A stretch of 64,000 bases of DNA, taken from positions 9,798,001-9,862,000 of the forward strand of contig NC_058383.1 of NCBI RefSeq assembly GCF_018350175.1, written 5' to 3'. The notes below the pieces were generated by a model. That model made no database searches and was not told the origin of the DNA. It saw only the letters and a list, made by a program, of their open reading frames with translations. Origin of the DNA: Felis catus. Its lineage: Eukaryota. The stretch's first letter is position 1. Every line of letters starts with the position of its first letter. Of the stretch, positions 26,141 to 35,500 are shown piece by piece. Both the position numbers and the translations under genes were made by a program.

Positions 26141-29100
26141 TAGATATATATAGATATTTGTAGGTATCTAAGCACCGGGTACCCAGTAGGCACTCAATAA
26201 AAGCTAGCCATTCTTATTTTTCATTTCCTTAGGGAACAGCATCACCTAAAGAGTTTTATGCCAAGAATTCTCGATGGACGGAAGGACTCATTTCAGCGTC
26301 CAAAGCTGTGGGCTGGGGAGCCACTGTCATGGTGTAAGTGTCTGTTGCTCCCAAGGCTCCTCAACCCCACCCCCATTCCAGTGACCCATCGCAGAGAATA
26401 GCCGAGGGAAAATATCTGCCCCTTAGAAACTGTTGATAGGGAAGACAACAGTATTAAACTTTTTTTTTTTTTTTTTAGTGTTTATTTTTGAGAGAGAGAG
26501 AGAGAGAAAGGCAGAGTAGGTGGGGGCGGGGGGGGGGTGGTGGGCAGAGAGAGAAGGAGACACAGAATCCAAAACAGGCTCCAGGCTCTGAGATGTCAGT
26601 ACAGAGCCCAGTGCGGGGCTCAAACTCATGAGCCATGAGATCAGGACCTGAGCCGAAGTCAGACGCTTAACCAACGGAGCCCCAACAGGACTAGAAGTTT
26701 AAAAGGAAACCTGGATCTCCTTGGCAGTGCAGGAGTGGGGCAGGCAGTCTGTGTTCTCTGAAAAAGCCAGGGTGATAGGCGAGGTCTAGAGGTGGGATTA
26801 TAAGGGGTTGTAGCCGTCAGTGACATAATCTATCTTGTCCCTTCCTGACTCCCAGGGACGCAGCCGATCTGGTGGTACAAGGCAGAGGGAAATTTGAGGA
26901 ACTGATGGTGTGTTCGCATGAAATTGCTGCTAGCACAGCCCAGCTTGTGGCTGCGTCTAAGGTAGGAGCCGCACACGACACCCCGGGGCTCTGTAAGGGC
27001 CGGCTAGATTAGAGACACTCGGATGATGGAGCCTGCCCCGAGAACAGAGGAATTATCCAGGGTCCACGTAGGTTGGGTCCCACATTAAAATTCTGCCTCT
27101 CAAGGGTCCCAAACTACCCTCCTCTGAGAGCCTGCCATCTGTCATCAAGGAGCCCCTCTGCCCAGCTTGTCACATGGGCTTCTCTTCTTGGCTTTCATCA
27201 CTTTTGTTAGTAGTGGCCTTTGAGGGTCCCAGCCATGCCGACCTCCGATCGACAGTCTCGGCATTCAAGGAGCTCTTAGATAAGGAATATGTCAGCACAG
27301 TGGGCTTGTTACCTGGCCCGGCTCTGAGGTTCCACTACCAATGTCTGCCTCTCCTTAAGAGTCTCTGCATTTGAACCACTGCCCCATCTAAACGTGATAC
27401 AAAGCTTGCTACCAAAATCTGTCTGTGAGTTATATAGTACCCCGGGGAGTGTTCTTATCGTCCTTACTTACCATCACCCCAAATTAGTTTCCATAACTAG
27501 GAAAGCTAGAGTCTGAGGCCACCAAATATGCCGGGGAGGTGACCCCAGAGACAGCGATTTTTAAGAAGTCGATTGGGGACCACAGCGGATACCATGTTTG
27601 TCAAGAACTGTCGGACCGACTATTTGATTCAGTCGTCGCCACGTTGTGTGAACCTCAATCCGCTTGGTCCTGGCAGGTGAAAGCTGATAAGGACAGCCCA
27701 AACCTGGCCCAGCTGCAGCAGGCCTCTCGGGGAGTAAACCAGGCCACCGCCACTGTTGTGGCTTCGACCATTTCTGGCAAATCACAGATCGAGGAGACAG
27801 GTAGCCTTCCAGAAGCAATGCTTTCCTTACCTATCTTGTTCAGCTATTTTTATGTTCTTTTTCATGACCCCGATGTCCCACAATTCTGTTTCCAAATTCT
27901 GTATTGTTCATCGTTCTCCACGCATACTTATATTCTCGTAAGATGGGACACCGCATAAGCATGCTATTTGTATCTCCATGGCAACAGACCTTAAGGTGGA
28001 TTTTCCATTTAGTAATTTCTCTGGATTCAAAGACATGAGTCTCCAGGCCTGGCTGTCCCGGGGGGTGAGGGGAGGGGTGGGGAGGTTCCGAGCCTCGTTA
28101 CCCTTTCACGGCACTTCTGTCCCGTCCATCCATCAGTGACTTTCAAGTGTGTGGTGGGAACTAGCAAACCAAGCCTTTTAGCAGAGCGCTGACATTGGCC
28201 GCCTCTCGGGGGAGAGTCAGCCATGGGCATTCTCTGACAAGACCTTCTCTCTCATCCTTGCAGACAACATGGACTTCTCTAGCATGACACTGACCCAGAT
28301 CAAACGCCAGGAGATGGATTCCCAGGTACGATCCCCGCTTCTGAGTGTACTGTTCTGTTGCCGGTGACGTCACCCCCAAATCTTGTCCCCGTGGAGAGAA
28401 GCCAGTGGGGGAGAGTCTTGGGGAGGAAACAAACACGGACGGACAGTCGCCCAGGAATGAATGAATGCCAATGATGCTGGAAGGGACAGTGGAGGCGGCG
28501 GCAGATGACGGGTTAAGATCAGAATCTTAACTCTTGCTCACTAATGCCCCTCTCAACGTTACCATCAGGGATTTCCTAGCCGACATTAACGAGCATTTAA
28601 TGTCTTGTGATTGACAATTTTTTCATTGTAGTTGACATCTAACGGTACATTAGTTTCAGGCATACATGTAGCGACAATTCCATGTATGGTCCCCACCTGT
28701 CACCATGCAACATCATGACAATATTTTGTTAATGACAATATTATTGACTATATTCCCTATGTCTATGACTTATTTTTCTCATAACTGGAATCCCGTACCT
28801 CTTAATACCGTTTACCTGCTGCACCCATCCCTCCGCCCACTTCCCCTCTGACTAGTTTGTCTATTTCTGCTTTTTTTGTTTTTCAGCAGTTATTTTTTTT
28901 TTAAACTTCTACTATGAATTATTTGTGTATGACCTCTGGTTTAAAAAAGAAAAATCAGGGGCGCCTGGGTGGCGCAGTCGGTTAAGCGTCCGACTTCAGC
29001 CAGGTCACGATCTCGCGGTCTGTGAGTTCGAGCCCCGCGTCAGGCTCTGGGCTGACGGCTCGGAGCCTGGAGCCTGTTTCTGATTCTGAGTCTCCCTCTC

Positions 29101-32100
29101 TCTCTGCCCCTCCCCCGTTCATGCTCTGTCTCTCTCTGTCCCAAAAATAAATAAACGTTGAAAAAAAAAATTTTTTAAAAAAAGAAAAATCAATTCACTG
29201 AAAGCCCATCAAAAGACAATGCCATTATCCCCGATTGTTCAGTAAAGTTATGGCATGCAAAGGAATAGGAATCCATGGGACCCTGAAAAAAACCCTGACA
29301 TCCTTGTTTTAGAATGACTGGTCCCAGGGGTGCCTGGGTGGTTCAGTCGGTTAAGCATCCAACTTTCGTTCAGGTCACGATCTCACAGCTCGTGAGTTTG
29401 AGTCCCACACTGGGCTCTGTGCTGACAGCTCAGAGCCTGGAGCCAAGCAGGCTCTGTGTCTCCCTCTCTCTGCGCCCCACCCCTGCTCATACTCTGCCTC
29501 TCTCTCCTTCAAAAAAAAAAAAAAAGAATTACTGGTCCCAGTCTTGGAGTAAAGTCCAGGTTGAAGACCATTAAAGGCTCTGTATGTGTCTCTCGACATC
29601 TTTTAGGAAAAGTCATATGGCCAAATACTGGAAGACCTGAGGTCAGGCTTGAGTCTACACTGTCTACACTGTCTTGCTTACTGGTCTCATCCAGCCCCGC
29701 TTGACTGCAGATCCCATCTGTATGCTGATGAGTACCAGAGCCTTCTCCCAGGCCTCAATCTTCTCCTTGAGCTCTGTGTTTGTCCAACTGCCTACTTGAT
29801 CCCTCCACGTGATGCCAAATACATCTCTAATTGAATGGGTCCAAACCAGGGCTACTGGTTTCCTTCCCACTCAGATCTGTCCCTCCCCTGTTTTCTCCAT
29901 CTCAGTAACTGGAACCCCTCCCAGACCTGGATGGCGGAGACCTAGGAGGCTTCCTTGGGTCCTCTCTTCTCCCTCTTCCTTCTACATCCAGTCCCCCAGC
30001 AGGTCCTGTCAACTGTGACTCTCCTGGCCTGAACCTTCCCCCTTTTCTCCGTTTCCCTAACCCAGCCTAAGCCACCACTGGTTCTCTCCTGACCTACTGC
30101 AAAAGCAACTTAACTGTAACTTATGCAAGTGTTTGTTTCCAAGTAGTTTTGTGGAGGGGCCAGGGAGGTGGGGCAGTTGGGGTGGAGAATAGGAAAGGGT
30201 GTCGCTGAGACAGGTCCAGCCCTGGGTTGACAGTTGGCAGAACTTGGTGAAGGCACACGATGGAGTTTGCCATATCATCTCCATTTCTCTGTGTATGTTC
30301 TCCATTTTGCATAATCAAAAATTTGAAAAGAAAAAAAAGGAACCACCTAACCGGGCTTCATTGCTTCCACTCTTGCCCCCTACAGTTTGTTCAGGTTCCG
30401 CATATTTTATTTTCTTTCTTTCTTTCTTTCTTTCTTTCTTTTAAGTTTAGTTATTTTGAGAGAGAGAGAGCGAGCACACACACATGTGAGCAGGGTGGGA
30501 GTGGGGGGGTGCAGAGAGAGCTGGAGAGAGAGAATCCCAAGCAGGCTCCACACTGTCAGTGCAGAGCCCAACATAGGGCTTGAACTCACGAACTGTGAGA
30601 TCATGACCTGAGCTGAAATCAAAAGTCAGACGCTTAACCGACTTGAGCCGCCCAGGTGCCCCAATTTTACGTATTTTAAAAGCGTAAATAACATCACTTT
30701 ATGTCCCTTGCTTAAAATCTTCCAATGGCTTTCCTTTCACACTTGAGTTAAAACCCAAATTCCTGACCCCAGCCCGGGGCCCTGGGCTGTTTTTCCACCC
30801 ATCTCCCATGGCCCTCTCCCTCTCCCAACCTCCTTCCTGCCTGAGGAGCCTCTGCTGAGCACCCTTTGCCCTTATCACATGACCCTGTGTCACTTTCACT
30901 ATGGGTCTGATCTATTCTTGTTCATGAGTTTATGTCTTTGCCCTGCAGGGTAAGCAGAGACCTTGTCTGTCCATGCACCACTGTGTCTCCAGCACCTGCC
31001 GCAGAGCCCCGGGGTACATGATGGGTGCTCAGCTCAGCAAATGTTTCTTGAATTAATAAATAAATTAATAAAATAACTAGAATTAATGAGGGGTAGGGAT
31101 AGCCAGGGACCAGCCTTTTCCTTGGGAAGATTGTGCTTTTTCCTGTATAATGATAACCCTAAGTTGGGCCAGCCCTTCAGAGATACCAGAGCCATCAGAG
31201 CTGGCTCTTGCCTGGATTTCCAGGAAAGCGGGATTGAAAGAGAAGGGGGATTTGGTTGGAACATGCCACACGGATGGGCTACACATTGGAGATGCTTTCA
31301 GATAGAGATTTCAGAGGAGCACGTTATGAGCCCTACTCCCAACAGGCTTTGGGGCTATAAGGCATCAGGTCCAGTAGAGGGCCCCAGTGAGGACCAAGAG
31401 GAGCCACTGGGATAGACTGGTGGATGGCAGAGGGTGGGGAAATGCACAGACCCGAGGATGAAATGGAGAACCAGGTACACTATGGAAACGGGGGGAATAA
31501 CCCAAAGGAAGAAGAGACCCGGAACACGGAGGAGAGGGACTGAGTTAGCACGAGACCACCGTCCGGTTGCTGCTCAAGAGCACCTTCCGCTCTTCCCACA
31601 GGTCCGGGTGCTGGAGCTGGAGAATGAACTGCAGAAGGAACGTCAAAAGTTGGGAGAGCTTCGGAAAAAGCACTACGAGCTCGCCGGTGTTGCCGAGGGC
31701 TGGGAAGAAGGTGGGCCTCTCTGAGGGCCGGTGAGGGCACGGTGAGGGGAGGGCGCACGTCCCCTCAGACGTGACCGAATGAGGCGCCCTTCAGGCCGCT
31801 GACTTCCCCCTCACGACTCACAGAGCGTGTTTTCTCTGCAGTTGTAGACAACCTCCAAGCCCAGAACTGCCATAAATTGTGGCGAATCGAGAGCTTTGGG
31901 GGTCACCTGTCAAGACCTTAACCTTGACCAGTGGGCTCATCACCCACTCACCACTGTTCCCTTCCAGGCCCAGTTAGCCTGGTTTCCGGCCCAGCAGTTT
32001 CCTGTGTGGCTTGCACAGAGGTGAACAGTGAATGAAAACATGGCGGCCAGCAGGCAGGGCAAGTGGATCACAGGCCTCTCGCTGACCAGGGTCAGCAGTG

Positions 32101-32500
32101 GGCACCAGTGGCCGCGCCACAGACAGGGTCAAGAGCTAGAAATGGAGTGGAGTAGGGGTACTGTCAGGCCCACCCGCCCAGAGAGGCTTTATCGCCTGGA
32201 ATGTACTGCTCTCCCACGTGCCTAACGCGGCCAACTTGATCACGGCCAGGACTGCCAACCCTCGTCGTCTTGTCTGCGGGAACCAACCACAGATGCGTAC
32301 CACTCGTGGTCGGGCACCTAACTTGGGGAATAGATGCCTGTGAGCATGAGGTATTTTAGAGCCTAACGCTGGTCGCCGTTCCTGTTGGGTACACGAACGC
32401 GTGCACACGCGACGCGCTATGAAACAGAAATTACCGTTGTCTTTCAGGAACAGAAGCATCGCCACCAGCACTGCACGAAGCGGTCACCGGAAAAGAATAG
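3968..32500 (+). CDS. HIP1: Huntingtin-interacting protein 1, partial (5' exons lie upstream of the window); 24 coding exons joined
   Basis: The exons below splice into one 2507-nt frame matching recalled mammalian HIP1: VFNSLDMSRSVSV...DPFNF...DLLRKN...EFYAKNSRWTEGLISASKAVGWGA...RKKHYELAG...KE*. All junction phases are consistent. Confidence 0.98.
4250..4472 (-). mobile_element. Can-SINE
   Basis: Perfect 17-bp TSD gagttcctgaccttctt. Confidence 0.95.
5365..5785 (-). mobile_element. Old L1 (L1MC/L1MD-like) 3'UTR fragment
   Basis: ttttagaatagttttagatctacagaaaagttg...ggtacatttgtcaca...tttgggag-type antisense L1M 3' end. Confidence 0.65.
6491..6548 (+). CDS. HIP1: HIP1 exon 9
   Basis: ttccag|GT CTC CCA...TCG AA|gtaagt; LPADTLQGHRDRFMEQFSK; 58 nt. 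Confidence 0.96.
6900..7560 (+). mobile_element. L2 LINE fragment
   Basis: catctcaaactgaactc...ctcagtaaatg...ttgctcagaaccttccggtggcttc...ataaactccaagctc. Confidence 0.6.
7575..7855 (-). mobile_element. Can-SINE with expanded (TTTTA)n tail
   Basis: SINE head at 7855; TSD ttaaatctt. Confidence 0.9.
7586..7650. repeat. (TTTTA)13 microsatellite
   Basis: Read directly from the sequence. Confidence 0.95.
9168..9400 (-). mobile_element. Can-SINE
   Basis: Reverse-complement SINE body; TSD tttaccttagt. Confidence 0.92.
9809..9884 (+). CDS. HIP1: HIP1 exon 10
   Basis: cccag|G TTG AAA...CCG GAG|gtaagc; LKDLFYRSSNLQYFKRLIQIPQLPE; 76 nt. Confidence 0.96.
9994..10134 (+). CDS. HIP1: HIP1 exon 11 (clathrin-box region)
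   Basis: ttcag|AAC CCA...CAG CAG|gtgcgg; NPPNFLRASALSEHISPVVVIPAEASSPDSEPVLEKDDLVDMDASQQ; 141 nt. Confidence 0.96.
10469..10566 (+). CDS. HIP1: HIP1 exon 12 (AP2-binding FxDxF/DPF motifs)
   Basis: cacag|AAC TTG...GAG AA|gtgagt; NLFDNKFDDIFGSSFSSDPFNFNSQNGVNKEEK; 98 nt. Confidence 0.96.
10927..10999 (+). CDS. HIP1: HIP1 exon 13
   Basis: tcccag|G GAT CAC...ACT GAG|gtagga; DHLIGQLYRDISELKAQLENLKTE; 73 nt. Confidence 0.95.
11659..11842 (+). CDS. HIP1: HIP1 exon 14 (coiled coil)
   Basis: cacag|AGC CAG...GAA A|gtgagt; SQRAVLQLKGRVSELEAELAEQRHLRQQAVDDSEFLRAELDELKKKREDTEKAQRSLTEIE; 184 nt. Confidence 0.96.
12198..12416 (-). mobile_element. Can-SINE
   Basis: Poly-T then the reverse-complement body ending ccacccaggcgcccc. 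Confidence 0.92.
12610..12698 (+). CDS. HIP1: HIP1 exon 15 (DLLRK clathrin-light-chain motif)
   Basis: aaacag|GG AGA GCC...CGG AAG|gtagga; RRAQANEQRYSKLKEKYSELVQNHADLLRK; 89 nt. Confidence 0.95.
13067..13183 (+). CDS. HIP1: HIP1 exon 16
   Basis: atccag|AAC GCC...CGG AAG|gtgagg; NAEVTKQVSVARQAQADLEREKKELEDSFQRISDQAQRK; 117 nt. Confidence 0.96.
13535..13978 (+). mobile_element. Two tandem Can-SINEs (13535-13750, 13753-13978)
   Basis: Two GGGGTGCCTGGGTGGCTCAG heads; the second sits in the tail of the first. Confidence 0.93.
14520..14628 (-). mobile_element. Short older carnivore tRNA-SINE
   Basis: gagattaagagttgcatgctctatctaccgagccagccaggcacccc. Confidence 0.75.
14711..14812 (+). CDS. HIP1: HIP1 exon 17 (GC donor)
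   Basis: tttcag|ACT CAA...GCC CAG|gcgagc; TQEQTEVLDNLKQELATSKQELQIVQNSLETSAQ; 102 nt. Confidence 0.9.
15058..15201 (+). CDS. HIP1: HIP1 exon 18 (GC donor)
   Basis: ttacag|GCA GAA...ACA CAG|gcaagt; AEAKWAVQLAELEKERSGLVHTVALREEELSALQEQLELARRELSSTQ; 144 nt. Confidence 0.92.
15667..15802 (+). CDS. HIP1: HIP1 exon 19
   Basis: ttctag|GAG TCA...GCA G|gtacgt; ESVCQLAKDQRKMLLVETRKAAERVIQEALRQLEEPPLISCAGSA; 136 nt. Confidence 0.96.
16347..16523 (+). mobile_element. Can-SINE
   Basis: Head plus A tail; TSD gagaggagggcc. Confidence 0.92.
16915..17100 (-). mobile_element. MIR
   Basis: aatcctcacgatggcgccgtgagg...tcttcagatgaggaagctg (MIR core). Confidence 0.55.
17559..17645 (+). CDS. HIP1: HIP1 exon 20
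   Basis: tcacag|AT CAC...GAA G|gtaaga; DHLLSKVKSVSSCIEQLEKSWSQYLACPE; 87 nt. Confidence 0.96.
17837..17944 (+). CDS. HIP1: HIP1 exon 21
   Basis: tggcag|AT ATC...GAC T|gtgagc; DISELLRSVTLLAHLTSDTMADVSTTCLRAPPEPAD; 108 nt. Confidence 0.95.
18027..18160 (+). CDS. HIP1: HIP1 exon 22
   Basis: ctccag|CA CTG...GGC GAG|gtagga; SLTEACKQFGKETLTYLAFLGEEGMLENDSTAMKSCLSKISAIGE; 134 nt; the preceding intron is only 82 nt. Confidence 0.95.
18291..18625 (+). mobile_element. Can-SINE with purine microsatellite tail
   Basis: Head at 18291; the tail has expanded into (GA)n/(GAAA)n. Confidence 0.92.
18538..18605. repeat. (GAAA)17 tetranucleotide microsatellite
   Basis: Read directly from the sequence. Confidence 0.95.
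20310..20495 (+). mobile_element. Can-SINE (internally deleted)
   Basis: Degenerate head, (CT)n, A tail; TSD agaaaa(tc/ct)aaat(a/g)ta. Confidence 0.85.
20666..20826 (-). mobile_element. Can-SINE fragment
   Basis: gagattatgacctgagccaaagtcagacacttgaccgactgag. Confidence 0.85.
20830..21470. mobile_element. Old L1 fragments (ORF1-like + strand piece, then a - strand 3' piece)
   Basis: cttctagaaatgaaaaatataatcattgaa...gaaagaattagtgggctggatgatagaactgaaggaattat; gatgaacatttgggttctttccagttt. Confidence 0.55.
21478..21715 (+). mobile_element. Can-SINE
   Basis: Head, (CT)n, A tail; TSD ctacatta. Confidence 0.9.
21875..22307 (+). mobile_element. Two tandem Can-SINEs (older 21875-22071; young 22088-22307 inserted in its tail)
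   Basis: The second copy has ggcgcag/cagccaggtcacg diagnostics and is flanked by aaataataataata. Confidence 0.93.
22496..22719 (-). mobile_element. Can-SINE
   Basis: TSD tg(t)ttcttattcttt. Confidence 0.92.
23336..23446 (+). CDS. HIP1: HIP1 exon 23
   Basis: tcgcag|GAG CTC...ATA GAG|gtatgg; ELLPRGLDIKQEELGDLVDKEMAATSAAIETATARIE; 111 nt. Confidence 0.97.
24221..24279 (+). CDS. HIP1: HIP1 exon 24
   Basis: caacag|GAG ATG...GAA AG|gtcagt; EMLSKSRAGDTGVKLEVNER; 59 nt. Confidence 0.96.
24682..24775 (+). CDS. HIP1: HIP1 exon 25 (I/LWEQ domain)
   Basis: ccctag|G ATC CTT...GGC CGG|gtaagc; ILGSCTSLMQAIQVLIVASKDLQREIVESGR; 94 nt. Confidence 0.97.
25368..25563 (-). mobile_element. Can-SINE
   Basis: TSD gaaaactatcct. 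Confidence 0.92.
26093..26136. repeat. (TA)22 microsatellite inside a MIR (about 25925-26210)
   Basis: Read directly; flanked by MIR-like tctgaatcttagttttgtcatctgtgaaatgggatgataat and gtaggcactcaataaa. Confidence 0.9.
26233..26333 (+). CDS. HIP1: HIP1 exon 26 (I/LWEQ domain)
   Basis: ccttag|GGA ACA...ATG GT|gtaagt; GTASPKEFYAKNSRWTEGLISASKAVGWGATVMV; 101 nt. Confidence 0.97.
26460..26683 (-). mobile_element. Can-SINE (5'-truncated)
   Basis: Poly-T and reverse-complement body; head missing. Confidence 0.9.
26856..26961 (+). CDS. HIP1: HIP1 exon 27 (I/LWEQ domain)
   Basis: tcccag|G GAC GCA...TCT AAG|gtagga; DAADLVVQGRGKFEELMVCSHEIAASTAQLVAASK; 106 nt. Confidence 0.97.
27677..27800 (+). CDS. 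HIP1: HIP1 exon 28
   Basis: tggcag|GTG AAA...ACA G|gtagcc; VKADKDSPNLAQLQQASRGVNQATATVVASTISGKSQIEET; 124 nt. Confidence 0.96.
28264..28325 (+). CDS. HIP1: HIP1 exon 29
   Basis: ttgcag|AC AAC...TCC CAG|gtacga; DNMDFSSMTLTQIKRQEMDSQ; 62 nt. Confidence 0.96.
28620..28880 (-). mobile_element. L1 3' end fragment (carnivore L1/L1MA9-like)
   Basis: acattagtttcaggcatacat...attattgactatattccctatg...ataactggaa. Confidence 0.65.
28958..29177 (+). mobile_element. Can-SINE, young feline subfamily
   Basis: ggcgcag/cagccaggtcacg diagnostics; perfect TSD aaaaaagaaaaatca. Confidence 0.95.
29327..29524 (+). mobile_element. Can-SINE
   Basis: TSD agaat(g/t)actggtccca. Confidence 0.93.
29700..31075 (+). mobile_element. 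L2 LINE fragments (interrupted)
   Basis: ccatctgtatgctgatgag...tccaactgcctacttg...gcttaaaatcttccaatggctt...gtgctcagctcagcaaatgtttcttgaattaat. Confidence 0.55.
30405..30662 (-). mobile_element. Can-SINE
   Basis: (TTTC)n tail and reverse-complement body ending caggtgcccc. Confidence 0.9.
31602..31710 (+). CDS. HIP1: HIP1 exon 30
   Basis: ccacag|GTC CGG...GAA G|gtgggc; VRVLELENELQKERQKLGELRKKHYELAGVAEGWEE; 109 nt. Confidence 0.97.
32448..32500 (+). CDS. HIP1: HIP1 exon 31, coding part with stop codon
   Basis: tttcag|GA ACA GAA...AAA GAA TAG; GTEASPPALHEAVTGKE*. Confidence 0.93.
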
Positions 32501-35500
32501 AGCCACACCGACACCCCACACGTCTGAGTGTAAATCTTGTTGCAGTCTCTGTGTGTTATTCCCCAGCCACAGCCTAAGCCCCCGGGGGTCCCGGCGGCAG
32601 CCACACCGCACACCGCTCCCGTTGTCCAGAGCCGGGGACCCGAATGGCCTTCCACAGAGGAGGGGGACCAGGGCCGCCCCCGCGGAGAGGCCCTCCCTCC
32701 CAGTCCTGCCTGCTGTTTGGCCCCCCCACCCCCCACCCCCGATGCTCGGCATCCTTGTCCGAGGGGCCTGCTGTTCCAGAGAGCCTGGCAAGGGGCCATC
32801 TATGCCTTCTCTTCTCTGTTTTCTTCTCAGCCTTTTCTTTTACCATCATTTGCACCAACTTGGGAGCATCCGAGGGCTGGTGGGCTCCCAACCAGGATGC
32901 CGCCCCGAATCTGCCGTCAGAACGGCAGGGGCGTCCTGGCTGAGCACGCCAAGGCAGCTCTCCCCTCTCTTGGCAGTCCCATGGCTTCCCACTGCTTCTT
33001 ACGGTGGTTGGTTGGGTTTTCTTTGGGGGGGGGGGCTGTTTTTGGTTTTTTGGGGTTTTTTTGGTTCTCTTCTTTCAGTGTTCACTCGTAGAGCCAACTC
33101 TCCCAAAGGGAGCGCCCCCAGAGCTCTGAGCCATCGGGGGGGGGGCCCCTAACCACAGCAGGTAACAGCAATGGTGCTGCTTAGCCTCCACCTTGGTGCT
33201 CCACGCCAGCCTCCATGCTGAGTGTCCTGCGGAGCGAGGATGGGTCAGCCGAGGCCACTCCCCAGGGGCGGGCACTGCTGCAGGGCCACGCTTTCCTCCA
33301 AAAGCTGAAGCAGAGCGAGTGCCTTTTCCTCCTAAAGCGAGAGCCCGGCTGAGAGAGCCCCTGCCCACCTTCACGAGCGACCAGGGGTAAAGAAAGAAGG
33401 GGAGGAGGGGTGCACACTGCCCAGGTCTCGGGAGACCCCGCTCTTGGGAACTCTGCGCGACCAGGCTGAAAAACCTGATCACATGCCTCAATGTGTCGGT
33501 GAGAGAAGCCACATTTCTGACCCCAGAATGAATTTTCCGGGCCACCTCCCTTCAGGCCCAGGCAGGACCCTGAGAGGGAGTGCATGAGGGGTTTCCAGTT
33601 CCTTCCTCCAAATGGCTGCTTTGGCATCCTTGTGAACCTGAAGAAGCTATATAGTTCCGCGTTCTACCTAATCGATAGACCCAGAAGATCAGGCAGACTT
33701 GCTCCCGGCAGGAAAGAACCCTGTGCTTGGTTTGGTACCTTTCATATTTATTACTAACCTCCGTTGAGCAGCAGCAGCCTACAGAAAGCCGCTTTGAGCA
33801 ATCAGGATTTGAGGTGTAACGATGGCAAGGCGTGCGTTGCTGCCCTAGGTCATCAGTCTTCAAGTATCAGAAACAAGCTTCCCAATCTGTTACCAGTCTA
33901 GACCCCGAAGCGAGCAGCTTCCTCAGAGCATCTGGGTCAGAGAAACCGAGAAAGGGGGACCACTGGCTCTGAGCCCTTCCAGCCACACATCCCGGGCCCT
34001 TGCTGCTCGGACGGGATGAGGACAGAAGGCACGTAACGGCTTCCTAGAGGCGGGCAGCCTGACAGCACTTGTCCACCTCCAGATGGACCCCCGCATTTAA
34101 GTGACCTTCCGATCTTGGACAAACAGCGTCTTCCTTCCTTATCTGTAGCAACTCGTAGGTAGAAAGCCAACAAGCACTTCCCAGGACCTGTCCCAAAGGA
34201 ACGTCTCGAAGTGTTGCTACCTGACAGGTTGTGAGAGTCCTGTTTGATCACTGTGAATCAACCCCGCCCCTTCCTAACCACGCCCCTCCCTCTCTGTACA
34301 TTTCCTAAGTAGGGCACTCAAGACGCACTCTCCCATTAGCTCAGATTCCAAGAGTCAGACGTGCTATCTCCACATTGGGCTAAGGGGGGGGTGGTCAGCG
34401 GTAGAAGATGAGCGGTCTTACGCTTTAAAGCCCCTTGGTGCTCGGCGTTTTTCCATCCGCGGCTCAGAAGGAATGGCGTGCGGCATCCCCGTCCCCGTTG
34501 TGCGTTCTCAGAGTGGGTCAACATTACCACAGAGGACTAGTCCTCACTTCCCAGAGTCTTGGCCAAACTGTTGTGCTCTAGGTTCCCAGTGGTGACAAAA
34601 AAATCTAGAATGTGGGACCACACTAGGACTCTGAATCACACTCCCTCTAAAAAGAAGCCACGGTAACTTTTAAAACCTTTGTGGACTGTGGACTTAGCCC
34701 GAGTAATCCAACCGTGCAGAAGGCAATTAAACAGGAACGCAGGCTAATCCGTCTCGCACGAGCCAGATGCAGCACAATTCTGTTGGTCGTTGCTCACCTT
34801 GGAAGCTGGTCCATGCTCTAGCCAAAATCAAATTGTCCTTCCTTGGCTTTTCTAAAAATGAGCGTATCTCTACTTGGTGTGAAATGCTCAATTAAAACAG
34901 GAATCACATCCTAAGGCTAAAAATGAACTCACAGCCTTTTAGTCACCTGAGCATCGGTAGTGACTGAAGTCCCATGGGTCAGTGTAAATGGGTCACAGCA
35001 AGGCAGAGGAAGAAAATGGCTTAGGGCCGATGAGAGGTTGAAAGACAGCCGTATCCGTTATTTAATTTTGTAATACAGTGCTCTAATACCTCTAGAGTAA
35101 GGGTTTGTGTGTACATAATAAGGAACACAATAGAAAAGACCTGCCTTTGTGGGGTTCTTTTATATCTGAGTCAGGAGTTTAAATTAGACTGTAATTTAGA
35201 TTGTTTGCTGATTCTGCTGCTTACAGCAGGGTCCCTAGGATCCCACCTGAATGGGAGTCCCTAACCCATGGCTGGAAGAACCAAACATTGTCCAGAATAT
35301 CCTTTTTTGGAAGTGTTTGAGCTGCCAGGTCAACACCAGGGTTTACCAGGTACCACGGGGGTCACGATGCATGTCGTCCATTCAGTCAGGTTGGTTTGCT
35401 TCGGCTCCTCCCTGAGGAGGAACTGGTTCTGAACTTGCACCTGGGACATACTCCCTTCTCTGCCGGCTCCGTGGCCCGGAGGCATCTGCCGGCTCCACTT

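Noticed and set aside
32385..33152. 255-aa ORF and overlapping ORFs
   Set aside because: Out-of-frame reading of the last HIP1 exon and the GC-rich proximal 3'UTR; HIP1 stops at 32500.
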